Origin: Nitrosopumilaceae archaeon
GTDB lineage: Archaea > Thermoproteota > Nitrososphaeria > Nitrososphaerales > Nitrosopumilaceae
Reading direction: 5' to 3'
Assembly: GCA_020027255.1 (NCBI GenBank)
Contig: JAHRAP010000112.1
Coordinates: forward strand, 1 to 29,693
DNA: 29,693 nucleotides
The notes under the pieces are model-generated. The model was given only the letters and a program-made list of their open reading frames with translations, did no database searches and had not been told where the DNA came from. The translations under genes were made by a program, and so were the position numbers. Of this stretch, positions 1 through 7,860 are shown in pieces. Position 1 is the first letter of the stretch; the number at the start of each line of letters is the position of its first letter.

Positions 1-1
1 A

Positions 2-448
2 CCAGAATATTTCTGGACAACACAACATGTTTTAGTTTATTCTGGAGTTGTCACGATATCTATTTCTGCGATAATGGGAACATTATTTTTAATAAAATAC
101 AAAACAACTAGTATAAAACTTGGGTTATTTATGATAATAATTGGTTCAATGTTGCAACTTGCATCTGGTTATGCAGACTCGATTTCGCATGATATATTTG
201 GACTAGACGGTCTTATTTCCATACCCCATCAAATACTTGAAACTGGTTTGGCACTAACTACTCTTGGCGCATTGATAATATCATATAATATGAGACGTCA
301 AGAATTAAACATATTATTTGCATTCTCAATAATCCTATTCATTTTTGCAACAAGTTGGTTGGTATTTAATTTGAGCTTATTGGTTATTGATACAATAATA
401 TGTGTTCCAATACATCAAATTTTTTCTTCTGGATGCGCAATTTTATAA
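2..448 (+). CDS. Uncharacterised multi-pass membrane protein, 5' truncated by the window edge; carries a D-x3-H-x12-H motif
   Basis: The frame of the 74..448 ORF is open back to base 2 (PEYFWTTQHVLVYSGVVTISISAIMG...). Several hydrophobic helices; motif DSISHDIFGLDGLISIPH at nt 176-229. Confidence 0.75.
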   Translation, partial: PEYFWTTQHVLVYSGVVTISISAIMGTLFLIKYKTTSIKLGLFMIIIGSMLQLASGYADSISHDIFGLDGLISIPHQILETGLALTTLGALIISYNMRRQELNILFAFSIILFIFATSWLVFNLSLLVIDTIICVPIHQIFSSGCAIL

Positions 449-897
449 ACTTTTAGAATATCAAAACATGGAATCAATACGAAGGCGATACCACTGATAA
501 TGATAATCATGCTATAATACACAATACCAAGATTAATTTTTCCCACATCTATTTTAGTTTTAGTTTTATCTAAGTTTGTTATCTTCATCACATATTCGCC
601 ATTGTATACTAAATCAAAATAATTTACTGACATTTCTGTTTTAATTTTTTTATGATCTAACATATTTCCATTGGGATCCACGATCTGAATTATTAGCACA
701 TTATCGTGATAATTATCCATGGTTATTTTATAAAACCCAATGTTATTTTCGATAGAAACATCATTTAATTTTATGATTTTATGCAAATCAAAATCAATAT
801 CATATGATGATTTTGTTACATGTGCACACAATATGACATAAACCACTCCAAATATGATTAAAGTAATCCCCACTAGATAAAATTTCTTGTACTGCAA
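415..897 (-). CDS. Hypothetical membrane protein (N- and C-terminal TM helices around a beta-rich domain)
   Basis: 160 aa ORF, TTG start, hydrophobic ends; 3' end overlaps the convergent ORF by 34 nt. Confidence 0.65.
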   Translation of the reverse strand: MQYKKFYLVGITLIIFGVVYVILCAHVTKSSYDIDFDLHKIIKLNDVSIENNIGFYKITMDNYHDNVLIIQIVDPNGNMLDHKKIKTEMSVNYFDLVYNGEYVMKITNLDKTKTKIDVGKINLGIVYYSMIIIISGIAFVLIPCFDILKVYKIAHPEEKI

Positions 898-925
898 TCC
901 AATAATGACTCATGTGTGACTAATA

Positions 926-1000
926 AGGGCTCGGAGGGCTTCGATCCCTCGACCTGGCGGTCCGAAGCCGCCTGCACTATCCAGGCTGTGCTACGAGTCC
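926..1000 (-). tRNA. tRNA-Arg (anticodon UCG)
   Basis: Reverse complement GGACTCG-TA-GCAC-AGCCTGGATA-GTGC-A-GGCGG-CTTCGGA-CCGCC-AGGTC-GAGGG-ATCGAAG-CCCTC-CGAGCCC-T folds as a cloverleaf. It has an A3:C70 mismatch and an atypical T-loop. Confidence 0.9.
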
Positions 1001-1036
1001 ACAAAATTTTAATTTGATTACTTATTTAAACACAAG

Positions 1037-1264
1037 TCATTCTAAATCAATTTTGGGTTTATGTTTTAATCCAATTAATATTGTGCATACGCCAAACATT
1101 ATCATAAATAATGAAATCTTCTCATTGGTTATTTCAGAATTTATTAAAAAATCTAACACAAACTCTGGTCCCCAAATAATAATTTGGCGAACTATTACGA
1201 TAGATGCAATGATTAAAAATAGTGTGCCTATTGCAGACAACCAATTATTATGCACATTTTTCAT
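1037..1264 (-). CDS. Small hypothetical membrane protein (2 TM helices)
   Basis: 75 aa ORF with ATG start and two hydrophobic segments; lies 11 nt downstream of the F420 reductase on the same strand. Confidence 0.65.
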   Translation of the reverse strand: MKNVHNNWLSAIGTLFLIIASIVIVRQIIIWGPEFVLDFLINSEITNEKISLFMIMFGVCTILIGLKHKPKIDLE

Positions 1265-1275
1265 ATTTTATTATT

Positions 1276-1941
1276 TTAACATATCTTAAAACCAGGATTT
1301 TTTAATTTATTGCGTATCATCACATTCAACAACAATGGAGTAGCAATTTCAGCCATATATGATAATTCTCCTGAACCCAAATATAATGGGCGAAGATCTT
1401 TGATTTGTGAAACCAATCCATTTACAGTCTCGATAGCATCTTTATCGTCTCCACACACAAAAACATCGTAATTTAGGATCATGGAAGGATCTAGAAGTTT
1501 TTTTTCAGATATGACATGGAATGCAGACACTAACTTGTTACTTCTCATATATTTTTTTACCAAATCAAACGATGATGGTTTACCATATTTAATTGGAATA
1601 AACTCAAAACCAATTTTTGTTTTTTCCATTGGAACTATGGGTGATATTACTATGCATTCATCTTTTATTTGTGGTAATACTTGTGAACAAATACTATCTA
1701 TATTCTCATAAGGTATAGATAGAATCAAAACGTCGCTTTTTTGGGCTGTTGCAACATTATTATCGCCAACTATAGTTCCATTGATCTTTCCATACGACTC
1801 AGCAATTTGGTTATATGTTTTTGCCGCATCTGACGCTTTTTCAGAATTTCTAGAGCCGATTAACACATTATGATTTTTACACCATCTTATTGCGAATCCT
1901 TTGCCCATTCCTCCAGTTCCTCCAATTATGCCTATATTCAT
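1276..1941 (-). CDS. npdG: NADPH-dependent F420 reductase (F420H2:NADP+ oxidoreductase)
   Basis: N-terminal Rossmann motif MNIGIIGGTGGMG, then GSR, and SAFH...L near the C-terminal half. Start moved to ATG 1941 because the ORF-track start overlaps the divergent gene. Confidence 0.88.
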   Translation of the reverse strand: MNIGIIGGTGGMGKGFAIRWCKNHNVLIGSRNSEKASDAAKTYNQIAESYGKINGTIVGDNNVATAQKSDVLILSIPYENIDSICSQVLPQIKDECIVISPIVPMEKTKIGFEFIPIKYGKPSSFDLVKKYMRSNKLVSAFHVISEKKLLDPSMILNYDVFVCGDDKDAIETVNGLVSQIKDLRPLYLGSGELSYMAEIATPLLLNVMIRNKLKNPGFKIC

Positions 1942-1982
1942 AAAGTGATAAATTAATAATACTATTATTATCTTTATTTTAA

Positions 1983-2609
1983 ATGACAACAATCATCTTA
2001 CTGAGACATGGTCAGGCACTAAATAATACCAAAAGAATTTTAGCTGGCAGATCTGATGGTATTGATTTAACTTATGAAGGGATTAATCAAGCTAAAAATA
2101 TAGCTGAATTCATTAAACCTCTAAATATTTCCACAATTTATACTAGTCCGATCAAAAGAGCTCAAAACACTGCTGAAATAGTCGCGGATCATAATTCAAT
2201 AAATTATTGTATTGATGATAGACTAATTGAATTGGAAACGGGGCAATTTACTGGTATGAATTATGATAAATTATTTTCCAAACACGGCAATGTGTTTTTA
2301 AAATTTTATGAAGGTGATCCTGAAATCAAAAACTATGGGGTAGAAACATTCTCTGAAGTTAAAGATCGAATATCTAACATCGTAAATTTTGTAAGCCAAA
2401 AACATTCAGAACAAAAAATACTTTTAGTTACGCATATGGATCCCATAAAAGCAATGATCTCTAATATAGTTGATATTAAACCGTACTCTTTGTTTGAGTT
2501 AGTAGTTGCTAATGCATCTTTGACAATTATAAATAATAATCATAATAAATTATCATTGTTAGCAATAAATCTAATGAATATAGCTAGATTTCAACAAAAT
2601 TTCATGTGA
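1983..2609 (+). CDS. Histidine phosphatase superfamily protein (phosphoglycerate mutase-like)
   Basis: LLRHGQ catalytic motif, SP-x-x-RA-x-x-TA, L-x-E, and VTH near the C-terminus. Confidence 0.9.
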   Translation: MTTIILLRHGQALNNTKRILAGRSDGIDLTYEGINQAKNIAEFIKPLNISTIYTSPIKRAQNTAEIVADHNSINYCIDDRLIELETGQFTGMNYDKLFSKHGNVFLKFYEGDPEIKNYGVETFSEVKDRISNIVNFVSQKHSEQKILLVTHMDPIKAMISNIVDIKPYSLFELVVANASLTIINNNHNKLSLLAINLMNIARFQQNFM

Positions 2610-2620
2610 TTCCAAAACCC

Positions 2621-2628
2621 TTAAATAG
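2621..2628 (+). promoter_or_regulatory. Probable TATA box of the oxidase cluster
   Basis: TTAAATAG about 25-30 nt upstream of the first gene of the cluster. Confidence 0.4.
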
Positions 2629-2652
2629 AAATTTTTAGTGACGACAAAATGA

Positions 2653-2919
2653 TTGATAAAAAAAAATTTGGTCTACATTAATGTACTTACGTTAATGATT
2701 ATGATATGCCCAATTAATTTTTCGTTAGCTTTAGACGATGATCCTGGTAAATACATAAACCGTAAAGCTGAAGTTTGGAACCTTTTCTATAGGATGATGA
2801 CAGTCGCATTTGTGATCGGCTCTGTGGTTTCAGGCACACTTATTTGGTTAGTTTGGAGATTTCGAGAATCTAATAATAACGCAAAGAAAACCAAGTATGA
2901 AGAACAAGGTAAATGGTAG
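2653..2919 (+). CDS. Small oxidase-associated membrane protein resembling the N-terminal TM helix of cytochrome oxidase subunit II
   Basis: Signal-like N-terminus, then WNLFYRMMTVAFVIGSVVSGTLIWLVWRFRES; overlaps the coxB frame by 7 nt. Confidence 0.7.
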   Translation: MIKKNLVYINVLTLMIMICPINFSLALDDDPGKYINRKAEVWNLFYRMMTVAFVIGSVVSGTLIWLVWRFRESNNNAKKTKYEEQGKW

Positions 2920-2921
2920 TT

Positions 2922-3350
2922 ATGAGTGAACATTCTAGTTGGCCTGAATGGATATACGTTGGCGTTGTTGTTGCATTACTTATTTATGTTGGTGCTGAAG
3001 CTTGGAATATTGAAAGAATTATAGAACATATTCCTTCAGACGCTGAAATAATCCAAGTTACTGGCCAACAATGGTTCTGGACTTTTGAACATGAAGACGG
3101 CACCAAAGAAATAGGAGAATTACATCTCAAAAAAGATCACGCATATAAATTTGAAGTTGTTTCTAAAGACGTTATTCATTCATTTAATATACATGACTAT
3201 GTCGTATTAGTAGATGCTGTGCCTGGAAGAGTTAATACTGTTTGGTTTTCACCAGATGAAAGTGGCGAGTTTGATATTCAATGTAGAGAATATTGTGGAT
3301 TGATTCATTATAATATGCGTGCAAAATTATATGTGGAAGATGCATCTTGA
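2922..3350 (+). CDS. coxB: Heme-copper oxidase subunit II (CuA domain, single TM helix)
   Basis: GQQWFWTF, DVIHSF and CREYCGLIHYNM CuA ligands. The start could also be ATG 2913. Confidence 0.95.
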   Translation: MSEHSSWPEWIYVGVVVALLIYVGAEAWNIERIIEHIPSDAEIIQVTGQQWFWTFEHEDGTKEIGELHLKKDHAYKFEVVSKDVIHSFNIHDYVVLVDAVPGRVNTVWFSPDESGEFDIQCREYCGLIHYNMRAKLYVEDAS

Positions 3351-3401
3351 ATCAAAAACATTTTAATGGTATGTATAAAAATATAAATCAAAGAGTGTGA
3401 A

Positions 3402-4931
3402 ATGACGCTAGAAATCCAAAAACCTAGGCCTATTTGGCAAATAATGTTTTCGACTCATCACACAGATGTAGGTTTATTATATCTAATTACATCTCTCGCA
3501 GCTCTATTTATGGGAGGTACATTAGCACTAGCTATACGTCTAGAATTATTTTTGCCAGGATCACAGTTCATTTCAGACTCGATGACTTTTAACAGAATGT
3601 TTACCGTACATGGTACTACTTTGATATTCCTTTTCATACTTCCATTTGCTTCTGCAGTTGGTAATTATTTTGTACCTATAATGGTCAGGTACAAAGATAT
3701 GGCTTATCCCAAGCTTAATGCAATTGCATATTGGATGATACCTCCAGCTTTTGCACTAATTTGGCTAGGATTTGCTGATTTCACATGGAATGCTTATGCT
3801 CCATATTCTGTTACTCGTGCTCCTGGTCCTGCAGCTGATATGTGGATCTTTGGGTTAAAACTTCTAGGAATATCATCAATTCTTGGAGCTATTAATTTTA
3901 TTGTGACCATTCTAAAATGCAAACATCCAGATTTGCCATTAAGCAAAATTCCATTGTTGGCTTGGTCATATTTGACATCTTCTTTAATAATGTTAGTTGC
4001 TATGCCCACATTTGCAGCTGCACTTCTTATGTTATTAACAGATAGACTTGGATTATCTGGATTTTTTAATCCGGCTATGGGTGGAGATCCGATAGCATAT
4101 CAGCATTTATTTTGGTTTACGTTTCACCCAGAAGTGTATGTGTTAGTTATACCTGCAATAGGTTTTATGTATGACATAATTCCAAGATTTTCTAGAAAAC
4201 CTATCTTTAGTCATGTTTCTGGCATAGCTGCATTTGTGTTACTGAGTATAGTAGGTTTCGCATCATGGGCACATCATATGTATGCAACAGGAATGTCATT
4301 TACAGAAAAAACTGTGTTTATGATTGGCACTTTGTCTGCAGTTCCAGCATCTGCAATGCATGTATTTAATTTTCTTGCTACCATGTGGGGCGGACGTATT
4401 AAATTCGCTACACCTATGATGTGGGCTGTAGGCGGTATTGCATTATTTTTTTCGGCTGGTGCTGGTGGAGTAGTAAATAGTGCTATGCCTTTAGATTTTA
4501 TGACTCACGATAGTTATTGGGTGGTGGGACACTTCCACTTGTTTGTAATGGGAACTATTGCATTCGGTTCGTTCGGGTTTCTGTATTACATATTTCCATA
4601 CGTCACTGGAAGAATGTATAACGAAAAGCTCGGGAAAATCCATTTTGTTATGTCATTTATAGGAACTATTATGGTATTTTTCACACAACATATACTTGGA
4701 CTTTATGGTATGCCGCGAAGAGTTTTTGATTATCCACCAATACCAGAATGGATTGCAATGAATCAATTTATAACCATTGGTGCAATGATAATCGGTGTCG
4801 GTATGGTAATTTTCTTAATTAATATAGTATACAGTTCAGGAAAAGGTAAAGAAGCTGATATGGGCGATCCTTGGGGAGTCGGAGGTGAAAAATATTATTA
4901 CCCATATCAAAGTAAAACACCACACCATTAG
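3402..4931 (+). CDS. coxA: Heme-copper oxidase subunit I (A-type)
   Basis: FTVHG, WFTFHPEVY, WAHHM and VGHFHL metal/heme ligands; DMAYPKLN D-channel segment. Confidence 0.97.
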   Translation: MTLEIQKPRPIWQIMFSTHHTDVGLLYLITSLAALFMGGTLALAIRLELFLPGSQFISDSMTFNRMFTVHGTTLIFLFILPFASAVGNYFVPIMVRYKDMAYPKLNAIAYWMIPPAFALIWLGFADFTWNAYAPYSVTRAPGPAADMWIFGLKLLGISSILGAINFIVTILKCKHPDLPLSKIPLLAWSYLTSSLIMLVAMPTFAAALLMLLTDRLGLSGFFNPAMGGDPIAYQHLFWFTFHPEVYVLVIPAIGFMYDIIPRFSRKPIFSHVSGIAAFVLLSIVGFASWAHHMYATGMSFTEKTVFMIGTLSAVPASAMHVFNFLATMWGGRIKFATPMMWAVGGIALFFSAGAGGVVNSAMPLDFMTHDSYWVVGHFHLFVMGTIAFGSFGFLYYIFPYVTGRMYNEKLGKIHFVMSFIGTIMVFFTQHILGLYGMPRRVFDYPPIPEWIAMNQFITIGAMIIGVGMVIFLINIVYSSGKGKEADMGDPWGVGGEKYYYPYQSKTPHH

Positions 4932-4942
4932 GATCATTTAAT

Positions 4943-5908
4943 ATGGATCAAAAAAATACTGACTCAATTTACAGAACAACTACCACACGCACATGGAAAA
5001 TGTTGGCGATAATGATTGGAATTTGTATTTCTGGTTCTGCTATTTTTTTTAGTATGTGGGATTATTGGACTTCTCAACCTCCAAATGCTGGATCTTCTTC
5101 TATTATTGTTGAAACTACACAAACAGATCTCACTGGTATTGAAGTCCCTGTTTCTTTATCTTTCGTAGAATCTTCTGACTTCAGGACACTTGCATTTAAT
5201 GCTATGCCTGGAGAAGAAAACCATAATCCAGAAATAAAAGTAAATGTAGGTGATAAAGTGATATTTGACGTAATAAACGATGGTAAATCATTTCATGCAT
5301 TTGCAGTTACATCTAGCAATGAAGGATTTAACGAAGGTGTAATTGAAGAATCTAAAATAGCTAGCTCTAGTAATCCACTTAAACCAGGTGAATCTGGAAA
5401 TTCATTTTTCATACCACCAGAAGCCGGTGCTTATTATTATATATGTACAGTACCAGGACATAGAGAACAAGGCATGGAAGGTAGTATTATCGCTACAGAT
5501 TATGTACATGATGATGATGATGATGATGCAAAACAATCAGAAGATAGCATACATAGAGAATATACTCTATCTTTCGTAGAATCTTCTGACTTTAGGACAC
5601 TTGCATTTAATGCTATGCCTGGAGAAGAAAACCATAATCCCGAAATAAAAGTAAATGTAGGTGATACAATTACCATAAAATCAATCAATCAGGGCAAATC
5701 ATTTCATGCATTTGGAATCGTGAAAGATCCAGAAAACTTTAATGATATAATATGGGATTCAGCTATTCAATCTGCATCCAACCCATTAAAACCTGGAGAT
5801 TCTGGCGAATCCACTTTTGTGGCTGAAAAACGTGGATCTTATTATTATATATGCACAGTTCCTGGACATGCATTACAAGGCATGCAAGGCATTTTTGTTG
5901 TAGAATAA
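4943..5908 (+). CDS. Membrane-anchored blue (type 1) copper protein with two cupredoxin domains
   Basis: Two H...C-x4-H-x4-M sites (SFHAF...CTVPGHREQGM and SFHAF...CTVPGHALQGM); N-terminal TM helix; poly-Asp linker. Confidence 0.92.
   Translation: MDQKNTDSIYRTTTTRTWKMLAIMIGICISGSAIFFSMWDYWTSQPPNAGSSSIIVETTQTDLTGIEVPVSLSFVESSDFRTLAFNAMPGEENHNPEIKVNVGDKVIFDVINDGKSFHAFAVTSSNEGFNEGVIEESKIASSSNPLKPGESGNSFFIPPEAGAYYYICTVPGHREQGMEGSIIATDYVHDDDDDDAKQSEDSIHREYTLSFVESSDFRTLAFNAMPGEENHNPEIKVNVGDTITIKSINQGKSFHAFGIVKDPENFNDIIWDSAIQSASNPLKPGDSGESTFVAEKRGSYYYICTVPGHALQGMQGIFVVE
5157..5666 (+). repeat. Intragenic direct repeat, 2 x 99 nt (5157-5255 and 5568-5666)
   Basis: 97/99 nt identical by manual alignment; both differences are synonymous (TTC/TTT, CCA/CCC). 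Confidence 0.9.
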
Positions 5909-6346
5909 ATGTTAATAAAATATATCTCACTATTGTCTTTGATTGTATTATATTCTCTTATGTTTATTGGCGGATATGTTTCGGCAGCTGGACTGGGATT
6001 GACATGCCCAGATTGGCCATTATGCCCTAGCGGGATCTTGCCAAATTCTGAATACCTTATAGAGTGGGTGCATAGATTAGTTGCCGCAATTACTGGTGCT
6101 TTAATAATATCAACCACTGTCATTTGTTGGATCACTAAAAATTCTACCAGAAAAATCAAAATCACTGGCACATTATCAGCAATTTTCGTCTCGACACAAA
6201 TTACTTTGGGGGCAATAGTGATAGATCTAAAACTGCAAGCATTGTTAGTTGCGATACATCTTGGAATAGGAATAATTCTTTTTGCGATGGTTTTACTTAC
6301 TACAATATTGGTTTTTCGATTAAACGACATCGAAATTTCTAGTTAG
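5909..6346 (+). CDS. ctaA: Heme A synthase, short single-domain COX15/CtaA type
   Basis: GLTCPDWPLC, EWVHRL and a second His (AIHLG); about four TM helices; last gene of the oxidase cluster. Confidence 0.85.
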   Translation: MLIKYISLLSLIVLYSLMFIGGYVSAAGLGLTCPDWPLCPSGILPNSEYLIEWVHRLVAAITGALIISTTVICWITKNSTRKIKITGTLSAIFVSTQITLGAIVIDLKLQALLVAIHLGIGIILFAMVLLTTILVFRLNDIEISS

Positions 6347-6861
6347 TGTTTAATCCGTCGTGGAATATATATATACAAAATTATGCAGCTTAATCCAATA
6401 CTTCCTGCTGCAATAGAATAGAAAAAAATGTAACCAAAAGGATTATGAGTACTAACATTAAAAGTGTACGTGGAATTTATATTGTCATTCATATCGTATA
6501 AATCCACTTTGAAAATATGGTTGCCAGATTTGGCGAATACATAATCCATTTCCCAATAATCCCCTTTATGGTATATTGGTTTTATACGGTCTATTTGAAT
6601 ATCATCATAAAAAATTCTTAGCCCCATCTTAAATCCATTCTCATTACTAAAGCTATTTACTCTGAATAATATCTGCGATTTTTCTCCTGTCGTAGGGATT
6701 TCTGGAAGTGTGGCTATTTGAACTTTATAATCCCCTATTACAGATTCAGCTGAATTGAATAATGAATGTGCATTTGATTCATTACACATGTTATGCACAG
6801 AAATAATAATAACTATAGTTATTATGATGTAGTTATTGGTTTTCATTAATATTGTAATCAA
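6343..6861 (-). CDS. Secreted, C-terminally anchored hypothetical protein (possibly a YtkA/FixH-like beta-sandwich)
   Basis: Signal-like N-terminus ending SNA-H, beta-rich core, C-terminal TM helix followed by basic residues. Start is TTG 6861 or ATG 6846. Confidence 0.7.
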   Translation of the reverse strand: MITILMKTNNYIIITIVIIISVHNMCNESNAHSLFNSAESVIGDYKVQIATLPEIPTTGEKSQILFRVNSFSNENGFKMGLRIFYDDIQIDRIKPIYHKGDYWEMDYVFAKSGNHIFKVDLYDMNDNINSTYTFNVSTHNPFGYIFFYSIAAGSIGLSCIILYIYIPRRIKH

Positions 6862-6923
6862 ACTATAACCATTAATTTATGTGACGTTATGACAAAACCT
6901 TTAAATCAAGACTGATAAAAGTT

Positions 6924-7532
6924 TTGTTATTGGCAATTATACAAAAATCAATAGATATCAAAGTTCCAATAAGTACAGCCTTCACATATTTTGCTAGACC
7001 AGAGCATGTGTCTGATCAAATGACAGGGAAAGGTATTGCTATGACTGTGATACCAATGGATATAAAAGATGGAATGGGTGTGGGTACCACTTTTAGAATA
7101 ATCGGAGATTTTAACGGCAAGAGATTGGAATGGGATTGCATAACAACAGAATTTAAAAAAGAAGAACAAATATCGGCAAAAATGATCAAAGGTAAATTTA
7201 AAAAATGGGAAATAACTACCAAATTTAAATCCTTACAAGAAAATCTTACTAATATTACAATGGTAGTTAATTATGAATTACCATTTGGATTATTAGGGAA
7301 GCTTGTTAACATGATTGGATTTGGAAAATCAGCTTCTCGCGGAATGGAGACAGCGCTTTATAAAGTCAGGGGACTATTAGAAGGTAATGCCTCATTACCA
7401 GTGTACATAACACTAGATGCTTACAAAAAACTTATCGAAGAGAAGAAAAAAATGAATAACGCTCCAATATCATCAGTATTATCTACAGTTATTGAAAAAT
7501 ACAATAATATCACAACACAAATAAAAAACTGA
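6924..7532 (+). CDS. SRPBCC/START-like (polyketide cyclase/dehydrase) protein with a C-terminal extension
   Basis: SIDIKVPISTAF-x-Y, GVGTTFRI, WE-x-T-x-x-F, T-x-IT-x-x-VNYELPFGLLG and a C-terminal helix are typical of the family; about 45 extra C-terminal residues. Confidence 0.8.
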   Translation: MLLAIIQKSIDIKVPISTAFTYFARPEHVSDQMTGKGIAMTVIPMDIKDGMGVGTTFRIIGDFNGKRLEWDCITTEFKKEEQISAKMIKGKFKKWEITTKFKSLQENLTNITMVVNYELPFGLLGKLVNMIGFGKSASRGMETALYKVRGLLEGNASLPVYITLDAYKKLIEEKKKMNNAPISSVLSTVIEKYNNITTQIKN

Positions 7533-7556
7533 ATAAAAATTTAAACATTACAACTG

Positions 7557-7630
7557 GGGTCTGTAGCTCAGCCAGGTAGAGTACTGGACTCTTAATCCAG
7601 TCGTCGAGGGTTCGAATCCCTCTAGACCCA
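7557..7630 (+). tRNA. tRNA-Lys (anticodon CUU)
   Basis: GGGTCTG...CTGGA-CTCTTAA-TCCAG...GAGGG-TTCGAAT-CCCTC-TAGACCC-A cloverleaf. Confidence 0.96.
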
Positions 7631-7670
7631 TATATTTTAATAAAATTTTTGTTTGTTGTATGCATATAGT

Positions 7671-7817
7671 TCAATGCTTACAGTTACACATTACTAGCGT
7701 CATGTCAAATGTACAATCATGAGGCCCAATTGATCTAGAATTGATAGGTATTTTTTTCATACAATCTCCATGTCTGTTTTTCTTACAAAACCAGCAAATT
7801 TTATCCAAACTACTCAT
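7671..7817 (-). CDS. Small Cys/His-rich protein, 48 aa (not in ORF track)
   Basis: Manual translation MSSLDKICWFCKKNRHGDCMKKIPINSRSIGPHDCTFDMTLVMCNCKH*; ATG 7817 (alternative 7823), TGA at 7671; fills an otherwise empty 230-nt gap. Confidence 0.7.
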   Translation of the reverse strand: MSSLDKICWFCKKNRHGDCMKKIPINSRSIGPHDCTFDMTLVMCNCKH

Positions 7818-7860
7818 AATCATATATGCCTCTTGACAATATCATATTAATTATCATACA

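Noticed and set aside
1942-1992. N-terminal extension of the F420 reductase ORF
   Set aside because: It overlaps the divergent gene and promoter; the Rossmann motif begins at ATG 1941.
5510-5527. (GAT)6 microsatellite as a phase-variation switch
   Set aside because: A triplet unit keeps the frame; it only changes the length of an acidic linker.
5157-5666. 99-nt repeat as a CRISPR array or mobile-element end
   Set aside because: Only two copies, both in frame within one protein; no cas or transposase gene nearby.
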